Shown here: positions 46,189-58,893 of the stretch, piece after piece
Position numbering within the stretch: position 1 is the first letter of the stretch
Layout of the letters: every line of letters begins with the position of its first letter
Source of the DNA: Yuukianura sp. NJ FZ-2021
Lineage: Eukaryota
Length of the DNA: 64,000 nt
NCBI GenBank assembly: GCA_046563655.1
Contig: CM102287.1
Coordinates: forward strand, 10,044,001-10,108,000
Direction: 5' to 3'
Translations under genes and position numbers: made by a program
The notes under the pieces: model-generated
Told to the model about the DNA's origin: nothing
The model's input: the letters and a program-made list of their open reading frames with translations, nothing else
Database searches by the model: none

Positions 46189-47391
46189 CAAGAAGGGGAC
46201 TTAAGGGCTCCTCTGTCTCCAAGGACAAGACATGAACATGACGACGACCCTTCGGAGGACCCGCTTGATTTAACAATAGAAGTTCATCGTCCTATCAAAA
46301 CTGTATCTTCATCTCTGGTCACAGAACTGTAAAATGATCCATTCCAAAACTAATTTAATTAGATTGACGTAAGGCAGCTAACTTATACTGAAAAGTTTTT
46401 AACACAGGAATCTCATTTCAAAAAAATTCCGTCCTCTCTGTAACGTAATGACACTAAGAAGTACTTACTGTCATCCTATTTTGCTAAATGGACCCCCTAG
46501 CGATAATTAAGCAATTAAGTACCCTATTTATCCGGCACGACGTACTAAATTGACTTAAGTTTAACGTCGGACGGACGTTGATTCATATGGACCAAAAAAA
46601 AACAGGGTTAATTTTATTTTTCTAGGGACTGTCCCATTGTGTGCCGCTTTTTAGTTGTAAAATTGTAATTGTTGATGTGAGTAGATTTTTAATGGTTTAA
46701 TTTAGATTTAGGTCACACCATAACCCATAACTTATATCCAACAATTTATACTGCCAGTACTAGTTTACGTACCGCCACCGGTGACTAAGCTTTTGTAAAA
46801 CTTGAAGTTGTGTTAGTACTAATTTAAGCTTTAAAAGTGAGCTAACCTAATTAGTATTCCATCCATTTCTTTCACATTTTTGACACCTTCCCGGTATTTA
46901 TAATACTTTTATCATGCAAAAGTTTGAATTAATCAAAGGAAGCAATTATTACAGAATAAACTTAGCCTATTAAACGTTTATTCGACGGAATGTTAATGTT
47001 TGCTATAAAATTGACGCAAATATTCCACTATTTCTTTGTAGTAGTTAGACTTAAATTTTAATAACTTGGAGAATAACAATTGGCGCAATGTTTTAATGCG
47101 CGAAAATGTAAAAGAACGTTGCCACCAAGATCCCTCCATATCTCGAGCCACGTAGTGTAAAGGCCTTAGCCTAAGGCTAATGTTAGGAAGGGAGTTGTAG
47201 GGTCTCAGACGCCATCAGGGCCCTTTAGGAGCTTAACGTTCTCAGGAGTTTGTTAGAAAGTGGAAGGAGTATTTCCAGGAACGGTAAGAAAGTACATATT
47301 AAACCGGCAAGGTTCTAAGCTTCCTTTCAACGTGGTTACTACAGAAAAGTTACTTTTAACATTTTGAATTTAAGATTTTGTAGTTTGGACG

Positions 47392-48233
47392 ATGGCTGGT
47401 ACTGCTCATGTTGGCCATGATCCCTTCATGTTGTATTATTCAAAGTACAGAAAAAGAATCCGCCCGCTGTTGTACGCCCAAATCAAACTTTTGGAAAAAT
47501 TCAAAGTTAAAGAATGCTTCCAGAGGAAGGCTGCTCACATGCTGGACGATATGAGGGGATACTATAATCAATTGCGTGAATCGAGGACATGTATGAGACT
47601 CCAAGGTAAGCAGAAATATATTAAACTATTAAAGATTAATATATTTTGTTAAGTTATTTTACATTAACAATAACATGTGAAATTGTTAGCGTGAAAAGGT
47701 TTTTTGGTTATAAAAGCGAACTAGTCTGTTTTAGAAATTTTTTTTGAGTGACAAGACCTATGACAACCCAAAAAAACGGATCTACGGTAACTCCCGGAGG
47801 TCAGAGGTCAACTCAAACATTTCCCACGAGCCTTTCTTCGAGTTAACCAGAACAGACAAGTAAAAACAGACTAGATCGCTTTACTAAACCGGTTTTTGTG
47901 TTGCATTTCGCAGAGGACAAATGTTTGGAAGACGACGATCCTATGGAAATAGAACTGTACGATGATGTTGTTGACTTACATCATATATTGCAGATGCAGA
48001 TGGGCAAGGCTGTATGGAGGTTTCAAGATGACATGACACGTATTCGATTTCGAACATCAATACCGACAACACGTATTGATCGAGAAAACACTTTGGCTGA
48101 GGATGACCCGTGGGATCATTGTGAAAGAATGATGCGACAAATCGATGAATGGAAGAAGTTGGGCCTCAGCGGAATACGTCGGCACGCGGACCCATACGAC
48201 ACTCCATATACTACTGCAATCCGAAGCTTATAA
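47392..48233 (+). CDS. Uncharacterised protein, paralog B; exons 47392-47605, 47914-48233
   Basis: YRKRIRPLLYAQIKLLEK...YNQLRESRTC aligns with paralog A (YRGKVRPPLYAVIKMLEK...YNQLRQRKEC). The intron position and phase are the same. Confidence 0.7.
47706..47890. mobile_element. Small MITE-like element in the intron of paralog B
   Basis: Inverted ends aaagcgaactagtctgtttta (47713-47733) and aaaacagactagatcgcttt (47863-47882). Confidence 0.55.
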
Positions 48234-48998
48234 GCTTCTAGTCTTAAGTGTCGCCGTGGGTTGGGGATCATTGGTTTGAGTGTTGGGGTTTGAGTAAACA
48301 AAAGATGGATCCACTCTTCCACTGCACTAGGGTCTAAAATAAACACAATTAAAATAATAGAAATCTGTAAATTTAACCAGACTTTAACCGGCGGAGGAAT
48401 ACAAGAATTTTGATACCTTGTATGCCAAGATTAATTGACGCATAATTAAGTTAATTGAGTTTAAAGGTGGAACTAGTTTGCACTAAACTCCGTTTAACTT
48501 TAACCTGCAATGGTCGAACTGGCCATTAAACGGGTTAAGTTATTTGAAGTTTGACTCTATAGAATACCCCGCCATGCTCTTCCGCAGGTTTCAATACGTT
48601 GCTTGCCCTTCTACGTCGATCCTACGATTTTTGCGCTTTTAAGAGTTGCACCAATTAAAAATGACGCTTTCGGTGCGTTAAAGCAGAGGGAAACTTAAAC
48701 TAAAAGGGGTCTAGACATTAAACATTAAATGAGAATTTAGCCATTTAGCCAAAAGAGGAGGGGAAAATGAGAAATTGAATACACTTACCCTATTTAAACC
48801 TTTATTCTACGGAATGTTAATGTTTGTCTTTACAATTCTACTTGAGTATAACGCGGATTTTTCTGTAGAAAGTGGAATATTTTAGCTTGAGTGGGTAGAC
48901 TAGTTCATGCAAGTGTCGAGCATGGGAAGTTCCCGTTCGTATCGCCTTGGATCTGCGCCATCTTGGATTCGGCTGAATTAGGAACTTCGCTTAATTTT

Positions 48999-49366
48999 CT
49001 AGAATGCTGCCGATGTGGTTTTGTTGTTGGCATAAAACTGCTGGGCAGAGATGAGGATGGTGATGAGGTACATGCAGGCGGCAATCCAGCAGTTGTAGGC
49101 ACTGGCAGAAAATGCTTGATCACGGTCACTATTGAACTTGGTTAGATCCGTATAGTGTTCTTCCAGGGAAATATCTTCTACGAGAGCTACGCTCTGGATG
49201 TAGAAGAACAGCCCCATCAGGATCTAAATAAAAACGACAGTTCCAGCACATTCGTCTGGATAACGTTTCTATGATATAATACGATACAAAGACATACCAA
49301 TTGAACAAATCCCCAACCGCTGAGGAGTAAGCAGCACAGAGAAAGCTTTGGGCCACAGACTGGCAT
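48999..49366 (-). CDS. RNASEK: Ribonuclease kappa (V-ATPase subunit f); exons 49298-49366, 48999-49223
   Basis: MPVCGPKLSLCCLLLSGWGFVQLILMGLFFYIQSVALVED...AYNCWIAACMY; 97 aa with two TM segments. Confidence 0.94.
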
Positions 49367-49964
49367 CTTGTCACTAAGAATTGATCCTGGAGAAGAGTGT
49401 ACTCTTGTCTCTGACAAACAGAAACAATTAGCATGATTTGTCCCAAAATTCTGCAAAAAGTGTCAGACAACGATTGCTTTAGCTTTACGACTTACCGAGG
49501 TGTCTCGTCTGTACTTTGACAGACAAAGTAACAAAAACTTGACCGAAGGTATTCTCCAGACTCTCAGCCTATCAATTTTTTCTGAACCTGATTAACCGAT
49601 GAATGACGAATACCACAATTAATCAATTACTTTTAAAAAATCAACTGTTCAACAAAACATATGATCCAAATCTAGAAAAGATAAGTTCCATTTGCCAATG
49701 AACAGAAAATCAACTGGGCTGGGTCAATTTGCATTTTGTGGGTTGCAGTGCAGCTGACGCTACACTAACCCCGTGCCACCTCTGGTTGCGTTTGGCATCT
49801 GCATTAAATAAGTGAAAAACTAAAAGATAGTAAATAAGTAAAATATTAGTTTATACAAACCATAATTGTTATAATTAAATAGCATTCAATTGAGGTTTTT
49901 AATTATTTATGCTTTGTAAATTTTGAAAGAACTTAGGGTTTCCTACAGACAGCTGTTGGGTAAA

Positions 49965-50245
49965 GCGGTGGAGTTTCGCAACCTTTAGTTTTGCCATTTG
50001 AAATCGCCATTGCTTTTTCTCAATTGTAATTGCGAAATAGAGGAAAGTTTTGTAGTTTCGCAGTAAACCGAAGGAGTTTTGCAATGGCAAAATATACAAA
50101 GCAGGAGTTTCGCGATGGAGAAATAAACAAAGAATGTGTTCTGCCATAGCGAAATAAGGAGTTTTGCCATTCCGAAATAACAATAAAAGGAGTTTTGGAA
50201 TTGCGAAATAGAAGATGTTGTTTTGGAATTACGTAAAAGTGAATT
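49965..50245. repeat. Degenerate ~30-bp tandem repeat (aggagttttgcaatggcgaaata-like)
   Basis: Recurrent ggagttttg...gcgaaata units between the divergent RNASEK and MFSD14 genes. Confidence 0.7.
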
Positions 50246-51515
50246 GCACTTCCACTCACCTGAATGTTAATTGATAAGAATCAATTAACACTTACTATCT
50301 CCTCCTTCCAGTTCCAGCAGAAGACAGACAGACAAGGTGACTCCATCAACTGCATACAATTTACAGTTACCTTTGGAGTCTCAAGTTGTTAAAGTCATAG
50401 TCAATTAGTAATCGCCGCTTTTAAACCAATTTCAACGGTACTTCATCTGGATCCGGGTCAACTTCAAGAACTCTACACTCTAGTGTCAAAGTCGATGGCT
50501 GGTGAGTACAACTTAATTAGTTTAGTTTAAACTAAGAAGTAGCTGGCTATACATACGTAAGGATGAAGCAGTATAAGTAGGAACAAGATTCTTGAGTTGG
50601 GACTTGGAACATTATTGGATTACCGGAAATGTAGGTCATGCTATCGTTTATTTAAAGATTTAATCTTTAGTAACGTTTGGTTTACGTTTTTAGTGTCATC
50701 GCTTTTGCTTGTTACTCAAAGAAGCTATTGTAGAGGAGCCATCATCGTCATCTACTTTCGAAAGTCTACTTTGTCATGATGATCATTGCTAAATAGTCAT
50801 CTAAAACCTCACTCACCTCTTGCAATTCCTCCTCCGTCCACCTCATCACATGCATTAATTACTGGGAAGAGCTGCGAATTCAGCTGCGTAAGAACCTTGG
50901 GGGAACTAGAATTCCGCACTAACTAATCTAAACGCAATGACTAATGGTAGAATATTTTAGAAAATCATCAGATGAGACTCTTGAATTGCATATGAATTCC
51001 ATCTTGGCTTATTCAGTTCACCCTGGAGTCTCTAATATTGTTTTATTTCTTCGTTTCAGGTACAAGCTGAATGAAGATCTAAAGTTCAGAGAACATCAAT
51101 TCCCCAAACGCCGTATTCCGAATCATTCGTCGCAATTTGTTATCAAGTGCAAGAGCGTGGTGATTACAAGTGGAGTTGTGGCTATCACTCCTTCCGATTG
51201 GATTTTTTTTTGTCAAGCCCCACTCTGTCCAACTCCTAACTAAATATACTGAGGTGACACCGGACTGATTGAGCGGTTCAAGTGTCTTTGTGGTCGGTTT
51301 GGTTGAAAACCACACTTTTTTGGTGGAAGTGGACCGAGGAAGAGTGATACTGTTCCAGTGGATGTGACTCTGGTAGTGAATAATTTCACAACTCCATTTC
51401 TGTCCATCACTCTTCTAGCTCCAAAGTGACAAGCTTACAATTCAATTCTTTAACTGCTGCCTGAAGCATTGACCTCAGTTGACACGATACGCTGGACTCT
51501 GATGGGGGATACAAG

Positions 51516-54500
51516 ATGCCTCCAAGAAATCCGCGCAAAGTCATAGGCTACTTTGTCAAGAGGCGAAAAAGAGATAGAATGCTAACCGTAAGTCAAAACC
51601 CATTTTCTCATTTTTCTAAAATTCAAGGTCTCCGTGTCTATTTATGGAAGTGGAAGTTTCGTTTTTCAAAATTTCGAAAGTCAAAACATAGACACATTGA
51701 TTTGGGAATAGCCTAGACTTGGGTAATAATTAGTCCTGTGACGGAGTATAATTACGATGCTTCTGCTGTTTAATTTAGAAAAGTTGAACGAGGGTGGAGT
51801 CCAAGTTGCATTTTTAGAAAAAGTCAATATCCACGTGGAGTTTTCTAAAAACAGCAATTTTCCAATTTCTCAATTGATATGCACAGGGTTGTTGTTGTGG
51901 AAAAGCATAGTAAAATTTTGGTGATGGACAGGATCACACAGTTATTTCACAAGTTTCGAAGTGGTCACACCGTTTTCGAAACCAAACGAGGAAAAAGTGC
52001 CAGTTTTCCTCAAAATTTCGAAAAAATCAATCGTGGTTTCTTTCACTGTATAATAAGTTTTGTTTTCTGTATGTAAAACTTGATAGAGTTGAAGTTTTTC
52101 GAAAGAATAATTGGATTTTGGCTTGAAATTTTTAAAAAAAGTATTCTGAAAAATTTATGAAGTAGTGACGAAATAGACTTTTCTAAAAAGTCCTTCAAAT
52201 GGAACTGGCTTTTGTGAATAATTTATACTTTTGGCCTTCTCTTGAAATTTTTTTACGAAAAAATAATTTGCAAAAGTGCAAAAACGGAATGTTTAGCGAC
52301 TATTTCTGACTGAACGGCGTCGATTTCTGTCTACCGTCAAGGTTTCGTAGGTGCTGTTGCTAAAGTGAAATTTGTGTAAATTGTTGATTAGTTTCATGCA
52401 GAAAAAGTCCAGTTTTAGAAATAATTTGCTGTGCAGCAGTTGATTCGATTTTTATTTTTGTCAGTCAGTTGGATTGGTCATGAAAATATTTTGTTTGTTT
52501 AGGAAAAGTGCTGTTTAGTGAATCCAAATTTATGGAGTGCTTAGTTGTAAATTTGTAAAGACATGATTGTTGTACATACACATTCGAGGAGATCGTCAAC
52601 AGCATCTCAAGGTCAAAGTTCAGGGCCGTCCACTACTACAGTTACAACAATCAGTACAATCAGTTACAGCGATGACAATTTGCCACTGCCAATTCCAGTC
52701 ATCCCGAGCCTAAGCGATTGCCAAATTTCAATTGTCGACTCATTTCCGAACGATCCCGAACCCCCTACCAACCTCTGTTGTGCTCTGCATCAGTCCATGG
52801 TAAGCACAATGTTAAACACATCATGAGGGGTCAAAGGTCACATGGCGGTGGGTCAAGGTCAAAATCATACTTGACCCTGGGTCAACTTCACTAGTCGCAT
52901 TTTTCAAGTCACGCAATTTTAAAATATTCAGTTTGGTTAGACTGGGAAATTTGTTTAGCGACGGAACTTAGAAATAGAATGTTGTAAAGTTTTTAGCAAA
53001 AATGAAATTTTGAAAATTTATGCAAAATTTTCCGGGAATTATGCTATTTTTCCTTTTGTTATGTGTGTTTCAACTGTCAAGGTTTGGTTTTGAGACGTGA
53101 TGGATTATGCTTGAGTTTCTGAATAATTTGAATTGAAATTTAAAATTGAACCTTTTTGAAGTCATGATGTGATGGAACGTTTGATTTTGAACTTTTTGAG
53201 TTCAGTTTTTGAGAATGAGGAGAAAGAAAAAGACTGAAAGTGACAAGGTGCTAGTGGAATTTGAAATTTCACTGGAATCGGAAGCAGAGGAAGCAGAAGA
53301 TGAAAGTGAGGACAGTTATGTAATTGCGCTGCCTGGAACTGTGTCAACTGGAGTCATTTTCTTGGTAAAGTAATTAACTTGTCAATTTAGTTTCAATTGA
53401 AGTTTCAATTAGTTTCCAACGAAATAGGCATAGTTTAAATGAGTTTTTACAGGAATGAATTAGTAAACTGGAAACCAAAAGTAAAAGAAGAAAAAAAGTG
53501 ACCGGGTTGCCTTGAACTTTCAAAAAATAGTTTTTGGAAATGCAGAAATCGATTGAGTTTTTTTTTTCTTTTGAAAACGAGAAAGTTGTGAAGGTGGAAG
53601 GGAAAGTGCTTTCGTTTCTTTCGGTTTTTAGGTTTCCACTTTCTCTGGTTAAGTGAAGATGATGACGAGGAGAAAGTTGGAAAAATCGAAAAAATGAAGT
53701 TCATTTTCCAACCAAGTTTTTTGTCGTTTGTGGAAAGAAAGTGGGCAGAGAAAGTTTTTTAATCTAAAAGTCAACAGAAGAAACCGTATACTTTTTGCAG
53801 AACCTTCTTCAGTGTACTTTTTCATTCTTTCGTCATAATTTTTTCAGTTTTGATGAAAATTGTTTTTTGATTCTGAATTTCACAAAATTGGATTCCTTCA
53901 ATTCTCTTTTGATTTGGGTTTCTAGCAAAATGGAATTGTGGAATCCAGGAACTAAGTCTGATGAAACTATTTGCTTTTTTTGTTTGTTGAAATTCGAGGG
54001 TAACAAGTTAAGTTAGGATTTGATTGTACTAGTACTGGATTTGTTTAATTTGTAAATCGATAATTTTAGAAATAGGCTTGTTTTGAGGTTGACAAACTCT
54101 GTGCTGAATTAGTTTCCAGAAACTTGTTTCTGGACTCTGGAAGTAATTACGCCACGTACAAAAACTTTGGTGCCATAAAATTCCAGACCACGAATTTCCA
54201 TTGTTAGTTTCTCAAAGCTGTTTTCCCATTGTTCATTCTTTCGCAAATGTTCTCACATGAGAATTAATTCGTGTGTCAAATGAGTTTAAAATGGTGATTC
54301 ACCCAAGCCAAGAAAGAGCTAAACACAAAAATCTCTTCTAAAAATTTAACATTTTCTGAATTTCCCAAAAAGAAAATGTTGGGGAAAATTTTGACTTGTT
54401 TGTTTATCTTGAAGGAAAGCGAACTAGAGAAATTATTTGCTTTTGTTCGGTTTTCTTTGGTTTTTCTCTTTGTCAATTTGGTCTGGACTTGGAGGTGTAA

Positions 54501-57500
54501 ATAATTGAGTATTTTCTAGTTTGTGGGTTTTCTGTGAGGGAAGGTAAGCATGAAAAGTAGAGAAAGTAAGGGAAAACTGAAAGTATAAAGGAAAAGTAGA
54601 CAAATTGTAGGGAAACTTGTAGGAAATGTTGCTCTCATCTCCTTCTCTCCTGCGTCAATGTGGTCAATGTTTTTGTTGTTATAAAATCAAATGTAATGGG
54701 TTAAGAGCTTTACTTTCTTGGTTTTGGTTTTAATCCTCCTGTTTCGTGCTCTTTTGTTTTCGAAAAAGCTAAATTTTGTGAGAATTGTGCAGGAAATGGG
54801 GCTGGCAGTTGTTATTTTCTGGAAGAAAAGAAAATTAGGAACCTCTGAGGTAGAAATTTTATGGAGGAAGTAAATTTTTTATGATGTGGGTAGGATAATT
54901 TGTAGACTACAAATTTTTAATGTAAATTTTTGAGACTACAACTTTTTAGTGTAGAATTTGTAGAGTAATTAGGGAAAGTAGATGGAAAGATGATGGTTGG
55001 ATGCCCTTGGCATGACAGCAAAGAAAGAATCGATAGGAAAGATTCCAGCCGCGACGGCTCCTTCTCAAGGTTACGCTTTGTGTCTCCAAAAAAGTGAAAA
55101 ATTGTCATAGTCTGAGTTTGAAACGAAAAATGAAATTACGTTTTTATGAAATTTTGAAGAAATTTTGTTTTTGAAATTCATGTAAAAAGAAGAAGTTAGT
55201 TGAGTTGATTTTGTTAAGGTTGTAATTTAATTGTGAAATGAACTTGAATGAAGCGTGGGACGTTGAAGATGTTTTTTTTCCTGGTTAAATCTTTGTACCG
55301 GAGAAAGTAGAAAGTTAAGCTCCACTTTTTTTCCGTTGCGGTTGGAAACTGTGAGAGAGAAAGACGTCAGCAGGCGTCCCACTTCCAGTCGTTGCTCTCA
55401 TTCCAACCAGGTCACACGCTTTCTGGACTTGGTCAATACTAAAATCAATGTGAAAGTTTTACACATTTTAAAACCAAAAACCCAATTTGAAATTTTGAAT
55501 TTTTTGATTTTTGTATCAATCACGTGTGGAAGAGTTTTGCTAAGGTCAAAGGTCACAGGGAGGATTTGAATTAGTGAAACACTTGTGGATTTCCATGTTG
55601 CAATTTTTAGTTTCGCAATGAGGAAATTTTGTAGGTGAAATAGATCTTGTGTGAATGGGAAATTTAAACTTGAGCTGACATTGACTTTGAGAGAAGAGGC
55701 GGAAATTAAGTAATGGGTGGTGTGAAATTGGTAGGTTTGTTTGATTTTCTTGAGGTTAAGTAATTAGGAAGTAATTAAGTAATTATAGGAATTGTAATTA
55801 GTGAATTCAAGAGTAATTAACTTTAATTGCGAATTTCAGGGATCGGGTGTTGGAGAGCCATCAGTCAACCATGCCCTGGTTATTATTTTTCTCGAATTTT
55901 TCGCCTGGGGTCTCCTCACGACTCCCATGATTTCGGTAAGGAACTGGAAAAGTTAATTGCAAGTTAAAATTAAAACTTAATTAGTAAATGTGCTAATTTT
56001 TGATTGTTTCAGGTATTAAATGAGACGTTTCCAACTCATACTTTTCTAATGAATGGACTGATAATGGGAATCAAGGTGAGTGGAAACTTGTAATTTGCAG
56101 TTTAGTTGAACTTTCAACTTGTAATTGAAACTTGTGAAAGTTTAATTTGAAGTTGACCTTTGACCTTGACTTTTGCAGGGGTTTTTGTCGTTCCTGAGTG
56201 CTCCACTGATAGGTGCCCTGAGTGATGTCTGGGGTCGGAAGTTGTTTCTAGTCCTCACGGTGTTCTTCACTTGTGCTCCGATTCCACTCATGCAACTGAA
56301 CACTTACTGGTACTTTGCTATGATCTCCATCTCTGGCGTCTTCGCAGTCACTTTCTCAGTCGTCTTTGCTTATGTCGCTGACGTCACGCCAGGTAACCAG
56401 TTCATCTATTTTAAGAAGGCGGGTTTGAAAATCGCGCAAAAGTTTTATTTTTGTTTACTTTTACCCCGGTTGACTTAAGATAGCTGTTGCGCATGTGTAA
56501 CATGTGCAACAGCAACTGCGCATGAGTGTCTTCTTTGTTCAAATCAGGTCAATTCCTTATTTTCATTTTATCTTATGTTTAACGTGGTTTCTCTTTCGTT
56601 AATTAATTGTTACTTCCATCAATAATGGGTAAGGGGAAATGTGTTTCCTGGCAATCGAAGGAGATGATTGCCAGTACAGTGCTAACATTTCTAGAAGAGA
56701 AAAGAAAATTTGAGAACGAAATGAAGTTGGGACACATGAAGCATTCGGATATTCCCATATCTGAATGTGACCGATAGAGCAGGAGCAGGAAAGCGCGTAA
56801 TTGTGCAGAATATTGGTTCGGAAGATGGATTCTTGGGACTCGGGAAAGAATCTATTAGGCTATATTATAAAGGCATGTCATTGAATTAGAAAACCTAATC
56901 ATGGAAACGGAAAACTTAGCAAATACCTTTATAAGAACAAATCAAGACCGTATAATTATTGATTTGGGAAATGGGTCGTCATCCGACACTGAGTCCAGCT
57001 CAGAATCCAGCGATTAAGTTTAAAAAAAAATTTCACTTAATTAGGATATGGGTTGTCGTAATTAAACTTTTGTCCATGGGTAACCTTCAGAGGAATTAAG
57101 CGTCAATTTTAATTTACCTTTTCTGAGTACGACAAATTGGTCGCGCCTTAACTCAACCCGTCAAATTTTACTTGCGTTGCTACTAGGAACAGCGCAAAAA
57201 TAAATTTGAAACCCGCCTTCTTAAAATAGATGAACTATAATTGACTAATTAATCAATTGACAAGGTCAATTTTAGTAATTGAGTGGTTTTTTGGTGGAAT
57301 TTTCAGGCGAGCAGGAGAGATCAGCGGCGTATGGCTTGGTGTCGGCCACTTTTGCAGCCTCACTCGTCACATCACCAGCGTTAGGTACGAAAAATGTATT
57401 AAAAATGAATTTTTAGGAAGTGTTATTGAAAATTTGACCTTTGACCTTTGATTTTTGTGTGATTCCAGGAAGTTACTTGGAGATGACATATGGGATCCAG

Positions 57501-58893
57501 ACGGTAGTGTCGCTGGCCACTGCGATAGCGGCACTTGACGTCCTATTTGTTCTCGTAGCAGTTCCTGAAAGTCTCCCGCAGAAATTGAGAGTCAATGCCT
57601 GGCAACCGTTGGCTGTAAGACGAAGAATTTTAGAATTTGATGAAGTTTTTCGAAATTTTGAGAATTTTTGAATCATTTTTTGCGTTTTTGTTTTGACAGT
57701 GGGAACAAGCTGATCCGTTTGCGGCTCTGAGAAAAGTTGGACAAGACAAAACGATTTTGCTACTTTGTGTTACCGTATTTCTTTCGTATCTGCCTGAGGC
57801 AAGCAATTTTCAAAATTCTAAAGTTTAATTCAAAATTGTAATGAAATTGTGAAGTTTTTAGACAAGACTTGTTGATTTGTGTTTCAGGCGGGTCAGTATT
57901 CCTGTTTCTTTGTGTACCTTCGACTGGTGGTGGGATTTCAACCAGAAGAGGTGGCCATGTTCATAGCGATGGTGGGAATCATGTCAGTGGTGGCTCAAAC
58001 GGCAGTCATGGGACTCCTCATGAAGAATCTGGGCTCTCGCAGAACAATTATCATCGGATTGCTCTTTGGAATGACTCAGTTGGCTTGGTATGGCCTAGCA
58101 TCTCAGAGATGGTAAGATTTTAACAAAGAAAATTGAAAATTTTGATAGTTTTTGAAATGAAAACACAATTTGGTAACTGACTTATTTTGTTATTTTGACT
58201 TGTAGGATGATGTGGTGTGCAGGAATCCTTGCAGCAGTTTCCAGTATTACCTACCCAGCAATATCTGCTTTTGTAAGCACTTCGGCAGATGCAGATAAGC
58301 AAGGTACGAGTCTCAAACTTTCAAAAATTGTTTGAAAAAATGTTTTCAAAATTTTAAAAACTTTGTGTTTGAACAGGATTGGCTCAGGGAATGATCACAG
58401 GGATGCGTGGGTTGTGTAATGGTCTTGGTCCAGCCGTCTTTGGAGTAATATTTTACCTCTTCCATGTGGATTTGAATGAGGAACTTGCTGTTGTGAGCAA
58501 GGAGAAACCACATGCTGCCAGCATGGTCAGCGCAAATCATACTGTTCGACCTGCCACAGCACTTGACGATAATGTAAGTTCAAAAAAACGAAATTTAAAG
58601 TCACCTGAGTGAGATTTTTGAAAAGTTTTGTATTTTTCTAAAACTTTTTCCGAATTTGTTGATACTGATTGTAGTGGCTTTTGCAGCTCATTCCTGGTCC
58701 ACCGTTTCTCTTTGGATCTCTGATGGTTCTGCTGGCCGTGGCAGTGGCCGTTTTCATTCCAGACAAAAAGCACAGTAAAATCAGAAGACCTTCGTCTTCT
58801 GACCTTGTTGACCTGGAGAATCCGCATTGTGGACAATCAAGTTCTCAGACCATGGCTCCACTCATTCCGCATGGAGATCCAGTCATTCTATGA
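51516..58893 (+). CDS. MFSD14: MFS transporter HIAT1/MFSD14; alternative first coding exons 51516-51587 or 52563-52799, common exons from 55840
   Basis: GVGEPSVNHALVIIFLEFFAWGLLTTP, FLSAPLIGALSDVWGRK, VTFSVVFAYVADVT, SYLPEAGQYSCFFVYL, GMRGLCNGLGPA, IPGPPFLFG. Confidence 0.95.
56398..57237. mobile_element. ~840-bp non-autonomous TIR DNA transposon
   Basis: Perfect 28-bp TIRs AGTTCATCTATTTTAAGAAGGCGGGTTT at 56399-56426 and 57209-57236, flanked by TAAC and TAAT. The interior carries a broken ORF remnant. Confidence 0.9.
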
